Source: Acidimicrobiales bacterium
Lineage (GTDB): Bacteria; Actinomycetota; Acidimicrobiia; Acidimicrobiales; SHLQ01
Direction of reading: 5' to 3'
Assembly (NCBI GenBank): GCA_020629375.1
Contig: JAHDDK010000002.1
Span: 96,720-160,719 of the forward strand
DNA: 64,000 nucleotides
Part shown: positions 10,450 to 19,200 of the stretch, piece by piece
How positions within the stretch are numbered: position 1 is the stretch's first letter
Layout: the number at the start of each line of letters is the position of its first letter
The notes under the pieces: generated by a model
Database searches by the model: none
What the model was told of the DNA's origin: nothing
Seen by the model: the letters and a program-made list of their open reading frames with translations, nothing else
Position numbers and translations under genes: made by a program

Positions 10450-12949
10450 CGCCGATCTCCGCTCGCTCTTCGGCGAACCCGAGCTCCACATCGATCCTCA
10501 AGGTCCAGCTGCGCAGGCGCTCTTGGACGAGATCCTCGTGCCCGAAGCGCCTGTCGTCCCCAGTGACACCGTCATCGATCTCAAAGACATCGAGCCCGCA
10601 GCGATCAGCGGACGCTCGAAGTTGTTGATCCTTGCGGGTGCCGCCGCTGCGGTCATCGCGCTCGTCGCTGGCGCAATCGCGTTTCGGACCGACGACACTC
10701 CCGTCACGACCGACGACGTCGAGACCCCCGATCCTGAGAACTCTGTCGGCGTGATCGACCTCGGCGATCTCGAACCGATCCTCGGTCCCCAGAATCCGCT
10801 GGTGGCGATCATTGCGCCATCGTCGGCACCGGACTCCGATGAATCTCTCGGGTGCATGCAGCGCCTGTGGGGTCGGTTCGTCCTCGCCGACACGTTCATG
10901 CCTCTACTCATGACCGGCACACGATTCGACGCGGCCAACGGCGCCCCCGAAGCGCTTCGCCTCTCGGGCGCAGGTTTCACTATGACGTGTCGCTCGGTCG
11001 ACGACTTCACTTACGCTCCCGCACTCACGTTCCTGGATCTCAAGGGCGCGCCACTTCGACTCCATGGTGCAGCTACCTCTACGAGCCAAGGCGGCGAACA
11101 GGTCTTCGAAATCGACGGCTACAACGCGGTCGACGTCGAAGCTGTCGACCTGCTCGTGGAGGAAATCGAGGCGCAGACGTTCCAGGAGAACGGCGGCTTC
11201 TTCCGCATCGTCGGCACCGCGTCCGAGGACATCTTTCGCAAGTACCCAGAGAGGCTGGTGTTCCGGGTGACCCGGCTCGATGGTTCCGTCGAAGACATCA
11301 TGGGACGCGAACTTCGGTGGCCGGATCTCTGTCGTGACTCAGAGTGCCTTGCTGAAGAAGTCGCCGCGACGGCGGCTGCGGCCCGTTCGGCTGGCCGCGA
11401 GACCCAGGCGGCAGCGCTCGACGACGGAGCACTGACCCAAACCGAGTTTGACGCCGCCGTCGACCGCTACATCGACTGCCTGTCGGAAGGTGGGTTGACA
11501 ACATCCGGAGTCCCGACCGCGATTCTGGAGACCGGGTCGGCTGATGCCGAAGCCGCCCTCGCTTGTCACGAGTCGACCATCCGATACGTCGAACTCGCCC
11601 GTCACCTCATCAACCGGGCGAGTGGTCGTACCCATGAAGGCACCATCGAAGACGAGGCTGGCGAAGAGTCCGTTGAAGACAGCGACTTCGAACCAGAGGA
11701 CCTCGGCCTTCCGACCGAACGGGAAGTGTTCTCGTCGATGTGGCGGGCGGAAGCTCAACAGCTTTTCCAGGGCGGTCTCGGACCCAACGAGATCCGCTCA
11801 CGGAACACCGGCGTGTACGTCGACGAGGCCGCAATCGAGGCCTTCGCCAGCGACTTCGCCTGGACCTTCGAGGACCGCCTCACGATCGAAACCTACGAGT
11901 ACTACGCCTTTCCCGACACGAGCGACGAGTACGCGTTCACCCCGATCGTCACGCTGATCTCCCAGGACGACCCCAAGAAGTCGGCGTCTTTCGTGATGCA
12001 CTACACCCTCGAAACCTTCCGGCTCGAGGTCCAGCGACTACCGACACTGGAGGAGCCTGAACCCCTCGTGGAGACCGCCGAGGACGGCACGACCACTCTC
12101 ACGTTCGACGTGGTTGGGGCAGAGGGTTCGCCGCAGGGGTTCGTCGCCGGGCAGACGATCCCGACCGAGGTCGATTTCGAGACGCTTACGACCACCGTCA
12201 CTCTGGGGCCCGAACGAACAGGTTCGAACGCGGTCACGCTCGTCGTACCAACTCCCGAGGCGCCGGCCGCGATCAGCACGCAAATCACGCTCGACAAGGA
12301 CTTCGCCGAGCCTCAGTCGGACGACGGGACCACGGATCCCGACGATCGATCAGACTCGCTCTTGGCGCCACTCATTGGTCGGCGGGCGCCACTGGTTCTC
12401 GTGGTCGATGAACGCGAGGCTTTCGATCCGGCGTTCTTCTGGCGGTGCGTTGCGCCGGACCCGAGCCTCTCTGCATCGCTTGCCACCGGAGTCCCCCCGG
12501 TGATGGAGGCCTCCGGCAGCCCTCCCGGAAGTGTCGAGATGACCGGTATTGGCTACGAGGTGACCTGCGGCTCTGAGGTCTCGACCATCGGCCCAGTTCC
12601 GCCCGCGTCACGTTGCGGCGACGACTCCTGTGTCATCGATCAGCTGCAGTCGCTCAGCGCGGATCCTGCTTCGCAGCCGTCTCCGTTGGCCGACGGGATC
12701 CTGTCTCAGGAGGAGTACGACGCCGCGCTCGACCGGTTCGAGGCGTGTGTGGACATCGCCGCACTCGGGCAGTCTGGGGTCCGCACTGCCCTCGTCGAGA
12801 TCGGCTCATTCGAGCATCGACGGGTGACGGAGTGTTTCGACGAACACCTCCGCACTGCCGAACTCGCTCGGGCGATCGTCAACGCGGTTGCCGACCTCAG
12901 CGCCGAGGACGTCATTCGAGCCGAAGCGGAGCGACGCGAAGCGCAGTGA
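10442..12949 (+). CDS. single-pass membrane protein coupled to the ECF sigma gene (anti-sigma candidate) with a large duplicated extracytoplasmic region
   Basis: ATG 10442 overlaps the sigma stop (ATGA). About 75 aa are cytoplasmic, then a TM helix LLILAGAAAAVIALVAGAIAF, then about 740 aa outside. No HxxxCxxC zinc anti-sigma motif is seen. Confidence 0.7.
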   Translation: MTDADLRSLFGEPELHIDPQGPAAQALLDEILVPEAPVVPSDTVIDLKDIEPAAISGRSKLLILAGAAAAVIALVAGAIAFRTDDTPVTTDDVETPDPENSVGVIDLGDLEPILGPQNPLVAIIAPSSAPDSDESLGCMQRLWGRFVLADTFMPLLMTGTRFDAANGAPEALRLSGAGFTMTCRSVDDFTYAPALTFLDLKGAPLRLHGAATSTSQGGEQVFEIDGYNAVDVEAVDLLVEEIEAQTFQENGGFFRIVGTASEDIFRKYPERLVFRVTRLDGSVEDIMGRELRWPDLCRDSECLAEEVAATAAAARSAGRETQAAALDDGALTQTEFDAAVDRYIDCLSEGGLTTSGVPTAILETGSADAEAALACHESTIRYVELARHLINRASGRTHEGTIEDEAGEESVEDSDFEPEDLGLPTEREVFSSMWRAEAQQLFQGGLGPNEIRSRNTGVYVDEAAIEAFASDFAWTFEDRLTIETYEYYAFPDTSDEYAFTPIVTLISQDDPKKSASFVMHYTLETFRLEVQRLPTLEEPEPLVETAEDGTTTLTFDVVGAEGSPQGFVAGQTIPTEVDFETLTTTVTLGPERTGSNAVTLVVPTPEAPAAISTQITLDKDFAEPQSDDGTTDPDDRSDSLLAPLIGRRAPLVLVVDEREAFDPAFFWRCVAPDPSLSASLATGVPPVMEASGSPPGSVEMTGIGYEVTCGSEVSTIGPVPPASRCGDDSCVIDQLQSLSADPASQPSPLADGILSQEEYDAALDRFEACVDIAALGQSGVRTALVEIGSFEHRRVTECFDEHLRTAELARAIVNAVADLSAEDVIRAEAERREAQ

Positions 12950-13105
12950 GATCAACTCCAATCGAGTCGATCGAAGCCCGACTCGGCTGGATCAATCGGC
13001 GACAGATTCTTCGAAACGGGTGAGATCGACTGTTGGGTGATGCGGTCCACGGAACATCTTCGGCAGGGTCGTGGTTACTGCATTGGACGACCTCCGAAAG
13101 GCACG

Positions 13106-14377
13106 ATGCCCACCGCACTCCCCCGAACGTCGGTCGAAGTCAGCGACTTCCAGGCGGTTCGTGACGAGACCGAACGTCTCGCCGCCCGCCTCACGCCCGA
13201 GGACCAGCAGATCCAGTCGATGCCCGATGTCTCGCCAACCAAGTGGCATCGGGCCCACATCACCTGGTTCTTCGAAACCTTCCTGCTTCTCCCCCACCTT
13301 CCCGGCTACGAGCCGTACGACGAGGCCTTCCAGTTCCTCTTCAACTCGTACTACGAGCAGGCTGGCCCCCGGCACGCGCGACACGAACGAGGCCTGATCT
13401 CCCGTCCGACTGCGGATGAAGTGACCGCCTATCGGGCGCACGTCGACGCGTCGATGCACCGGCTGATCGACGAGCTGGTTGTGGCTCGGGACGATCTCGC
13501 CGACCTCGTCCGGCTCGGCCTGCACCACGAGCAGCAACATCAAGAGCTGATGCTCATGGACATCAAGCACGTGTTCTGGAAGAACCCCCTCCGACCCACC
13601 TACAACGAGCGGCCCGACACCTCCACCACTGCTGCCGGGCCGCTCGGGTGGGTCACCATCGACGCCGGGCTTGCGGAGATTGGCCACGACGGCGACCGCT
13701 TCCACTTCGACAACGAAACCCCTCGCCACACCCAATACGTCGGCCCGTTCCGTCTCGCCGACCGTCTCATCACCTGCGGCGAGTGGCTCGAGTTCATGGC
13801 CGACGACGGCTATCACGAAGCCACCCTGTGGCTCAGCGAGGGCTGGGCGACCATCCAACGCGAGGGCTGGGAAGCGCCGCTCTATTGGGAACCGACCGCG
13901 TCCGGCTGGCACGTCCACACGCTGCACGGCACGAAGCCGATCGACCCCGACGAGCCGGTCGTCCACATCAGCTACTACGAAGCCGACGCCTACGCCCGGT
14001 GGGCCGGGGCTCGCCTGCCGACCGAGTCCGAATGGGAACTCGCCGCCCGAACCCTCGGCAATGCCGAACCCGACGGCAACCTCGCCGACACCGAGCAGTT
14101 CCATCCCCTGCCCGCCGAACCCGCGGAAGGCACGCTCCGCCAGATCTTCGGTGACGCGTGGGAATGGACCTCCAGCTCCTACGCCCCGTACCCGGGTTTC
14201 CGCCCCGCCGAGGGCGCCGTTGGCGAATACAACGGCAAGTTCATGGTCAACCAATACGTGCTGCGCGGCGGTTGCTGTGCGACACCCGCCGGGCACGTCC
14301 GCCCCACGTACCGCAACTTCTTTCCCGCCAACAGCCGCTGGATGTTCTCCGGGCTGCGACTCGCAACCGAGGTCTGA
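13106..14377 (+). CDS. egtB: ergothioneine biosynthesis sulfoxide synthase EgtB (DinB-like + FGE-sulfatase domains)
   Basis: Motifs SPTKWHRAHITWFFETFLL, HHEQQHQELM, YYEADAYARWAGARLPTESEWE, GDAWEWTSS and VLRGGCCATP. ATG 13106 is preceded by GAAAGG. Confidence 0.85.
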   Translation: MPTALPRTSVEVSDFQAVRDETERLAARLTPEDQQIQSMPDVSPTKWHRAHITWFFETFLLLPHLPGYEPYDEAFQFLFNSYYEQAGPRHARHERGLISRPTADEVTAYRAHVDASMHRLIDELVVARDDLADLVRLGLHHEQQHQELMLMDIKHVFWKNPLRPTYNERPDTSTTAAGPLGWVTIDAGLAEIGHDGDRFHFDNETPRHTQYVGPFRLADRLITCGEWLEFMADDGYHEATLWLSEGWATIQREGWEAPLYWEPTASGWHVHTLHGTKPIDPDEPVVHISYYEADAYARWAGARLPTESEWELAARTLGNAEPDGNLADTEQFHPLPAEPAEGTLRQIFGDAWEWTSSSYAPYPGFRPAEGAVGEYNGKFMVNQYVLRGGCCATPAGHVRPTYRNFFPANSRWMFSGLRLATEV

Positions 14378-14378
14378 C

Positions 14379-15380
14379 ATGCCCACGCCCAAGCCCACGC
14401 GGCTGCACCGCCGCGACCTGACCGTCGACGTTCATCTCGACCCCGAGTGGTTCGACCGGACACTCCGCCAAGACGTTCTCGATGGACTGACGAGCGAGTT
14501 CAAAGAACTCCCACCGAAGTGGTTCTACGACGATCGCGGATCCGCACTGTTTGACGAGATCACTCGGCTCGACGAGTACTACCCGACCGAAGCCGAGCGA
14601 ACGATCCTGCGCTCCCGGGCCGACGAGATCGCCATCGCCACGGGCGCCGACACGCTCGTCGAACTCGGGTCGGGCACTGCCGACAAGACCCGTGTCCTCC
14701 TCGATGCGATGTCTCGATTCGGCTTACTCGAGTGCTACGTCCCATTCGACGTGAGCGAAGGGATCCTGCGCGCGAGTTCGGTGGAGCTGTTGACCGAGTA
14801 CCCCGGCTTGAGAATCCACGGTGTCGTCGGTGACTTCGAGCATCATCTGGCCGACATTCCGACCGGCGGCACTCAGGTGATTGCGTTGCTGGGCGGCACA
14901 ATCGGCAACTTCGGTCCGATCAGCCGCAAGGCCCTCCTCACCGACATCGTGTCCACAATGCATCCCGGCGACCAATTCTTGCTCGGCACCGACCTCGTCA
15001 AGGACCCGAGCCGGCTCGTCGCCGCGTACGACGACAGTCGAGGCATAACCGCAGAGTTCAACAAGAACCTGCTGCACGTCCTCAACCATCGGCTAGGGGC
15101 CGACTTCGACCCGACCCGATTCGAACACGTCGCCCGATTCGACGACACCGACGAGTGGATGGATCTCCGCCTTCGGTCACTCGAAGACCAGACCGTACGA
15201 GTCGCTGATCTCGATCTCGACGTTCACTTCGCCCGCGGCGAAGAGATGCGAACGGAGATCTCGGCGAAGTTCCGCCGGTCCGGCGTCGTGTCCGAGCTCG
15301 CGGCCGTGGGCCTCACCCTCGAACGCTGGTGGACCGACCCGCAAGGCGACTACGCGCTGTCGTTGTCGACCCTTCGGTGA
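14379..15380 (+). CDS. egtD: L-histidine N-alpha-methyltransferase EgtD
   Basis: Motifs PPKWFYDDRGSALFDEITRLDEYYPTEAERTIL and LVELGSGTADKTRVLL. ATG 14379 lies 1 nt after the egtB stop; the longer track ORF is an out-of-frame overlap with egtB. Confidence 0.85.
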   Translation: MPTPKPTRLHRRDLTVDVHLDPEWFDRTLRQDVLDGLTSEFKELPPKWFYDDRGSALFDEITRLDEYYPTEAERTILRSRADEIAIATGADTLVELGSGTADKTRVLLDAMSRFGLLECYVPFDVSEGILRASSVELLTEYPGLRIHGVVGDFEHHLADIPTGGTQVIALLGGTIGNFGPISRKALLTDIVSTMHPGDQFLLGTDLVKDPSRLVAAYDDSRGITAEFNKNLLHVLNHRLGADFDPTRFEHVARFDDTDEWMDLRLRSLEDQTVRVADLDLDVHFARGEEMRTEISAKFRRSGVVSELAAVGLTLERWWTDPQGDYALSLSTLR

Positions 15381-15407
15381 CGTTCGGATCCAACGACCTT
15401 CAAACGT

Positions 15408-16046
15408 CTACCCGTCGACGAACGAGCCCTCGAGGCCGGTGGGAGAATGGAGGTAGCACAAGGACTCTCGGTCTCCGTCGGCCCACGATGCGGGCGACGG
15501 CGTGAACACGTCGAACTCGAGATTCTCGGGCAACGAGGTCTCTCTCACGATCGATGACGTCATGGCGTCAAGGCACCCTTCGAACAGATCCATCCAGTAT
15601 TCGTCTTCGTCGGCCGGGATGGCCGGAGAGAGACTCGGGAGGTCGATGACCGCGAGAATCTGCGAGTCGTGCGGTGCCGAACAGTCCTCCGTATCGAGAC
15701 GATTGAACTCGGTGGCGGTGGGCATGTTGAAGCAGTCGCCGGCGGCGAGATTCTCTGCCTCTGTCGTTCCGCGATTCATGACCATGCCGACGAGACCCAC
15801 GCCAGCCAGAAGAAGGATCGGGGCAACCTTGAAGAGTGCGCTCACGAGTGCCGAACCGCCTGCGGTGGGCTTGACCGATTGTGGCTGGCGAAAGGCCTGG
15901 TTGGGGTCGCCATCCGGTGCGGCGTATTGCACAGGAGGTTGACCGGGACTCGTCGGAGGCGTGGCCGCTTCTGCGTCGTACCAATCCACGTCGGGAAGGC
16001 CGTTGTGCGTCATGCACCTACTATCGACTTCGGTCGACGGAGACAT
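15408..16046 (-). CDS. membrane protein, septum-formation-family-like (Pro-rich N-terminus, one TM helix, Cys-containing ectodomain)
   Basis: TM helix LFKVAPILLLAGVGLVGMV followed by GDCF...DCSAPHDSQ...CYL, which resembles the septum formation domain. An alternative start lies at 16013. Confidence 0.5.
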   Translation of the reverse strand: MSPSTEVDSRCMTHNGLPDVDWYDAEAATPPTSPGQPPVQYAAPDGDPNQAFRQPQSVKPTAGGSALVSALFKVAPILLLAGVGLVGMVMNRGTTEAENLAAGDCFNMPTATEFNRLDTEDCSAPHDSQILAVIDLPSLSPAIPADEDEYWMDLFEGCLDAMTSSIVRETSLPENLEFDVFTPSPASWADGDRESLCYLHSPTGLEGSFVDG

Positions 16047-16173
16047 GGATGGGCCGTTCGACTCACGCAGCGATGACCGAACGGTGATGGGTCACACGGT
16101 CATTGCGGGACAAGCGCGTCACGCGCCCTCGACAAAGGACTGTTCGTCTCTAAACGTGAGTTACATGACCACG

Positions 16174-16211
16174 CTTAGTAGGTACACGTGTACCCTTAGA
16201 AGGTACGTACC
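16174..16211. promoter_or_regulatory. paired operator-like sites: CTTAGTAGGTACACGTGTACC and CTTAGAAGGTACGTACC immediately upstream of the giant ORF
   Basis: Perfect 14-bp palindrome GGTACACGTGTACC (16181-16194) and 10-bp palindrome GGTACGTACC (16202-16211), each preceded by CTTAGWAGGTAC. They sit in a visibly AT-richer 170-bp divergent intergenic region. Confidence 0.35.
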
Positions 16212-16219
16212 GTGCTCTT

Positions 16220-19200
16220 ATGGGTGCAAAGTCAGTCCAATATCTCGGTAGCGCAACAGTTGTCATCATGCTTTCCGGGGCCAGCCTCACCGGAGCTGCA
16301 GGAGCAGTCGAAGCACCAGAGCCATCGCCAACGGCGGAGGCCACGACGACACGAGCCGTAACAGTCACGCCACCAGACACACCGTCGGTGACCGTCGATC
16401 TCGCACAGCTCGAACCCGCCCTCCGCTCTACCGTGGCTGGTTCGTGGACCGGATCGCTCGCCGGGACAGACCTCGAGGTGCTCGTCGGCTCGCCAGGGTG
16501 GCGAACCCCGCGGGCCGCACCCGTACCCCTCGCCCCGGTCGTGACCGATGCACTCGGGACGACCGTCGTTCTTGGCACGCCGACTGCCGACGGCCTTGCA
16601 ACCGACGATACCGGTGCGGTTCTCGTCGACGCTCAGGGCACGCCCGTCACGGCCACGAGTCTCGAAGCCGTCTCGGTGACGCCAACACTGCAGGTACCCC
16701 CACTTCAACTGGTCGTGTCCATCGTCGGACCCGACGGCACCGCGCTCATCGAACCGGTGGCGCAAGCCCTCGGATCGCCGGTGGCACCCGCCGTGACGAT
16801 GACAATCCCCGGCGTCACGGAGTTCACGATCCGTGTCGAAGTCGTTTCGGGAGCCGAGCGCTTCGAGCTGTCGTCCGAGACAGTCGAGGTCCGAACCATC
16901 GAGTCAGTCGGCCAACCCGTGCTCGAGACCCCGGGCGCCGTGGCCGGCGGAACCTTCGGCGGCATCGACGCGGCGGGCACCGGAATTGCGCCCGTCGTCG
17001 CCGGTCTACAGGTCGTGGGAGGCACCATCGCTGGCACGACCGCTCCGGCTCCAACCGGTGGTACGACCAACCCGAACGCGCCGTCGAACGCTCCCGCCAA
17101 CGGTGGCGTGCTTCCCGGACTCCTCCCGGCGGTGCTGCCGACTCGTCCAACAGCCGGGTCCGCAACACTCACCCCCGGAGGCGATCCGGGCCCAGGCCTC
17201 ACCGGAGGTCTCGACGCCCGCAGCTTGCTCGACATTCTCGTCCAGAACGGGATCATCAGTGTGAACGAGTATCGGGAGATCCTTGGCAAGCCCGAGGTGA
17301 TGGCCGAGATCGACGCCTTCCTGACATCAGGGCAGGGGGCGCTCCACTACACATCCGACGGATCGGCACTGTTCAATGACTTGCTCAACCGGTCGACCGA
17401 CTGGGCAATCTCTGTTCTGGCGGGCGGCCTGGACACGTCTCGACCCCCGACGGCTGAGGAGATCATCGCGCTGTGGACGATCGCGCCGGGCGGATTCGGG
17501 ATGCTCGAAGCCCTCATCATGCTCGCCGACCAGCATCTCATCTACGACCCCGGCTACACGCTCGATTGGCGGAACCGCGACTGGCAGTTCTTCGAGGGAT
17601 ATCGGTCTCGCGACGACGCCGACTGGTTCGAGCACGAGGACAACCCCGAATGGGAGTACGTGACCTTCTCATCGTTCACCGATTTCGTGGATTTCCTGCG
17701 GGAGGAACACGGGTTCGAGGAAGACGGCACGCTGCCATTCGACATCAACCGCTTCTACGACGACGCCTACCGCTGGAACGGCGAGTTCCACTTCAGGCGC
17801 CCAGCTCGTCGTGTCAACAACAAAGAAAACGTGAAGCCCTTCCGTTTCACCGGCGCACACCAGTGGTGGGAGGACAACGTTGCCAAATACGTGCGTACCG
17901 GCAACATCAAGCACAACTCCGGTACACCCGTGTACGCAGCGATCGAGTATCTCGACGCCAAGCATCTCGTTGCGCTCGGAATCTTCAATCCGCAACACGC
18001 CAACGACCCGACCGAAGACTTCATGAAGAAGCACGAGTTCGACGACCGTCTGACACCTCAATATGAGGACAAAGTCCGCTACGCGGCCGCCTTCGACGTG
18101 AACGACAACTACCACCACTTCGATATTTTCGAGAGCCGAGATCCGGCCGAAATTCTCGACAACTGGCTTCGGACCACCGACACCGACATTCTCGACGGCG
18201 ACCTGTTTTTGAACTTCGCCGACGTCATCGTCACCGACACGCCCGGCGACGATGCGTTCGTGTCGCTCGGCGGCGACATCACCGGATTCACCAGCAACGG
18301 AGAGGACCAGGCCTTCATCATCGGCGGCGCCGAGAATGTGTCATTCGTGTCCGACAGCGACCTCACCGTCACCGTGGCACCCGGCGCAACGGTCGGCGAG
18401 CTGGTCATCGACGTCACCGACACGTTCTCGTCGAATGAGGTGAAAGTCGGCCCCAACGCAACCGTGATCAGCGCAGCGCTGGACGGAATCAGCGGCCTGT
18501 TCGTGGACGGTGGCACGATCGTCAACGTCGACGCAGACCTCCGTGACAACGCCACCGTCGGCATCGGCGACAAAGAAACGCTCGAAGCGATCGGCGAGGC
18601 CGCGGCCGAGTACGAGGAAACCGGCGGGGCGTCGGGTCCCAATGGCGAACCACCATCGATCGTGACGCTTCTCGCAGACCCGAGCAATGCGAACACGGGG
18701 TCGATCAGTGGAGACATTCGTTTCGGCGACGGCGACAACAGCTTCGTCAACACCGGCACGTTCGACGGCAACATCACTGACGGCGACGACTCGCTCACCT
18801 TCCTTGGCGCCAACGGATCGACGACCGGCGGAACGTTGTACGGCGACCACGGTGAGGAATTCATCGTCCAGTTCGGCATGTCGGACGATTGGCTCATCAA
18901 CCTCGGCCGAAACCGCGGTGAGGACGGCGAGACGAGCCGGGAGGCCGTGATCCTCGGCGTCACCGCCGAAGGCTATGTCGAGGTCACGGACAGCCGGTTC
19001 TTTCGCTATCACCTCGCACGTGTGCGCGGCTCGGATCTCGATGCTCTGGTGTTTCTCGACCCAAACACCGAATACACCGACAACGGCGACGGCACCTCGA
19101 CGGCGCGGACCTACAACGATGATGGAAGCCTCAAGTCCGAGACCCTCATCGGCGCACGGATCGAACGGGTACAGATCGGTATCGAGGGCCAACAGATCCT

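Noticed and set aside
12992-14398. 468-aa minus-strand ORF
   Set aside because: It is antisense to egtB, which has unmistakable motifs. Its Gly/Val/Arg-rich translation is typical of shadow ORFs in high-GC DNA.
16130-16165. ECF-type promoter (GGACT ... CGTG) upstream of the giant gene
   Set aside because: The -35-like element lacks the AAC core. The spacing to the CGT element is about 13 nt instead of 16-17.
19070-19150. RHS/YD repeat in the giant protein (YTDNGDGTSTARTYNDDGSLKSE)
   Set aside because: It is a single YD-like occurrence without the tandem array or the RHS core or PxxxxDPxGL boundary. This is insufficient to call RHS.
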